From Heterodontus francisci (taxonomy: Eukaryota), in contig NC_090401.1 in NCBI RefSeq assembly GCF_036365525.1, positions 55,438,868-55,502,867 of the forward strand: a stretch of DNA of 64,000 nucleotides. The letters are read 5' to 3'. The position numbers were made by a program, and so were the translations under genes. The notes beneath the pieces are model-generated. The model ran no database searches. It worked only from the letters and a program-made list of their open reading frames with translations, and was not told where the DNA came from. The stretch's first letter is position 1. Every line of letters begins with the position of its first letter. This document shows positions 61,541 through 64,000 of the stretch, in pieces.

Positions 61541-61912
61541 TAAAGGCCTGCTCAGGTCACAACAAAAACCTGACCCGAGCCCCCCCCGATCCGAGTCATC
61601 CGTTTTTTTTCCTGAGCCCGACCCAACCACCTGCAATGTTCCCTTTACCGACCTTGCGATTCCCAATCTGCAAGAAACTGCAGCACGAGCATGATGACGT
61701 CATAGAGACGCTCACCGCTCACTGCACAGACTCAGAGTTTCCCTCGTTGATGTCCTGGACTCCCAGCTCAGGTAGGTTTTTTACTTTTAACACTTCTTGC
61801 TGCGTGTGTCTGACCCAGCTCGACCCGAGACCGAAAGCCAGACTCAGAAGAGTGACCCGAACCCGACACGTGATTGGGTCCCATCTGGTTCGGGTCAGGT
61901 AGCAGTCCTTTA
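61541..61912. mobile_element. hAT-type MITE
   Basis: TIR TAAAGGCCTGCT/AGCAGTCCTTTA; 8-bp TSD CTTGCTAC (61533-61540, 61913-61920). Confidence 0.9.
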
Positions 61913-61984
61913 CTTGCTACAGAACATTGCAGTATTTCAAACTGATTATGTATCTTGTTAATGTCACTGCAACTATTTTGAATG

Positions 61985-62515
61985 TATGCCTTTGTTACCT
62001 CTAGACTTGACTGTTCAGTGCACCTCTGACTGCCCTCTCACATTATACCCTCCACAAACTTGAGATCATCCAACACTCTGCTGTCCATATCCTACACCCA
62101 TACCAAGTCCCTTTCAGCCATTGCCCTGTGCTCGCTGACCTACATTGGCTCCCAGTTAAGCAGCCTTCAATTTAAAATTCTCATCCTTATTTTCAAATGC
62201 CTCTCGACTTTGTCCTTATCTATCTCTCTAATCTCCTTCAGCCTTACAACCTCTGAGATATCTATGCTCTTCCATTTCTGGCCTTTTGTGCCTCTGTGAT
62301 TTTAATCATTCCACCATTGATGGCTGTGCTTTGAGCTGCCAAGTCCCTAAACAGCCTAAGATGCTGCTTAAAACCTACTTCTTTGGCCAAGCTTTTGGTC
62401 ATCTCTCCTAATTTCTGCTTATGTTGCTTGGTATCAAATTTTGTTCAGTAACAATCCTGTGAAGCGCCATGGCGTGTTTTACTACATTAAAGCCGCTATA
62501 TAATCGCAAGTTGTT
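61985..62515 (+). mobile_element. L2 LINE 3' end
   Basis: Matches 26815-27366, with tail TACATTAAAGCCGCTATATAATCGCAAGTTGTT. Confidence 0.75.
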
Positions 62516-62661
62516 TGCGTTCATCATACATTTTCAAAGATGGCTGTGAGTACTAGTGTTCTCAATCGTCAATTTGTTTTGTGTCCTATCCATAAGAGAT
62601 ATTTGTAAATTACTAATTTTGAAAAACATATTTAGTAAATGCGGTCTTTATGTTCTTGCAG

Positions 62662-62763
62662 GTTAAGCAGATTGAAAAGAGGGACTCTGTTCTAACCCCA
62701 AAACAGCAAATTGAAAGATTGACAAGACCTGGATCCACCTACATCAATTTAAATCCATTTGAA
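62662..62763 (+). CDS. DNAJC8: DNAJC8 exon 2 (gene continues beyond window)
   Basis: ttcttgcag|VKQIEKRDSVLTPKQQIERLTRPGSTYINLNPFE|gtaagt; 102 nt. Confidence 0.96.
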
Positions 62764-62869
62764 GTAAGTCTATTTCCAACTTTTGTAGTTTTTTTTCAGT
62801 TGAAGTATGTCTGAATTCCTGACATCCTATGTTGCTGACTGTGGTGCAGTATTCTTCCTCATCCATCTC

Positions 62870-63775
62870 AACTTTTCTGTATCTTTTGACATGATTGACC
62901 ACATCAGCACTTTTCTCCTCCAACGCCTCTGCTCCGTTGTTCCATTCTTATCTATCCTATTGTAACCAGAGAGTCTCCTGCAATGGCTTCTCTTCCCTGC
63001 TCCTTGGCCCCTACCTATTTCTCCCATCGATGTGTTGTCCCACAGTGACAGAATCTGAAAACGCAGCGTCAGGTTCCACTGTACACTAACGACACCCAGC
63101 TCTACCTCACTACCACCTCCCCTCTTGATCCTCCCACTGCCTCTTTACTATGCTGCTTCTCCAAACATCAATACTGGATGAGCATAAAGTCACTCTATTT
63201 AAACTTTGGGAAGACTGAAGGCATTGTCTTTGACACTGTCAAAAACTCCCTTCATTAGCCATCCCCCTTGTTGGCGTGTATCCCAAGCTAAACCAGATTA
63301 CCCGCGATCTTGGCATCCTATTTGATGCTGAGCTGAGCTTCTGATCCTATACCCTCTCCGTCACTAAAACTGCACTTCCATCTCTATTATATCACCTGTT
63401 TCCGTCCTTGCCTCAGGCCATCTAATGCTGAAACCCTCAGCCATGCTTTTGTTACCTCCAGACTTGACTATACCAGTGCTCTCTTGGGTGGCCTCCCATC
63501 TTCTATTCTTAAATTTCAGCTCAATCCAAGCTTTGCTGCCTGTATCCTGACATGTGCCAAGTCCAGTTCACCCATCGCCCCTGTGTTCGCTGACTCAAGT
63601 TGGCTTCCCGTCCAGCAGTGCCTCAAACTTAAAATGCTTATTGCTGTTATGAAATCCTTTGGCCTAACCCCTCCCTACCTCTAACTGCTTTCAGTCCTAC
63701 AACCCTTTGAAAACTCTGCACTCCTCCAATTTTGGCCTTTTGTTCATCCCCGATTTCCATCGCTTCATTGTTGAT
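62870..63775 (+). mobile_element. L2 LINE remnant
   Basis: Colinear with 26210-27140 (GACACCCAGCTCTACCTCAC, TTTGTTACCTCCAGACTTGACTA). Confidence 0.75.
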
Positions 63776-63789
63776 TGACTCCTGGGATG

Positions 63790-64000
63790 GCAGGACTGAC
63801 GTATGAGGGGAGATTGAGTCGGTTAGGATTATATTCACTGGAGTTCAGAAGAGTGAGGGGGGATCTCATAGAAACCTATAAAATTCTAACAGGACTTGAC
63901 AGGGTAGATGCAGGAAGGATGTTCCTGATGGGGGAGTCCAGAACCAGGGGTCACAGTCTAAGGATACGGGGTAAACCTTTCAGGACTGAGATGAGAAATT
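63790..64000 (+). mobile_element. CR1 3' region, cut by window edge
   Basis: GGGGATCTCATAGAAACCTATAAAATTCT...AGAACCAGGGGTCACAGTCT. Confidence 0.75.

Overview
Vertebrate nuclear DNA. The repeat content (HE1-like V-SINEs, DeuSINE-type SINEs, many CR1/L2 LINEs, Penelope-like elements) points to a cartilaginous fish, probably a shark; this is inferred. Genes assembled by hand from splice signals and translation: complete RPL13A (minus, 8 exons, 205 aa) hosting two SNORD33-type and one SNORD34-type snoRNA; a tRNA-Trp(CCA) head-to-head with RPL13A; complete ATP5IF1 (minus, 3 exons, 114 aa); the first two coding exons of DNAJC8 (plus); and a CpG-island promoter with a non-coding first exon of an unidentified minus-strand gene at about 4.2 kb. 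The rest is mostly transposon-derived. Main points of interest: (1) a nearly intact Neptune-type Penelope element (RT + GIY-YIG, 918 codons, two point stops) with pseudo-LTRs carrying minimal hammerhead ribozymes; (2) three related ~180-200 bp fold-back insertions with target-site duplications, two of which keep a canonical hammerhead core; (3) an ATP5IF1 promoter built from 57-bp tandem units of E-box + PBX/PKNOX motifs; (4) an orphan CpG island that looks transposon-delivered and carries CTCF/NRF1-like motifs. Most short ORFs in the supplied track are spurious or TE debris. All family assignments are by recall and were not checked by database search.
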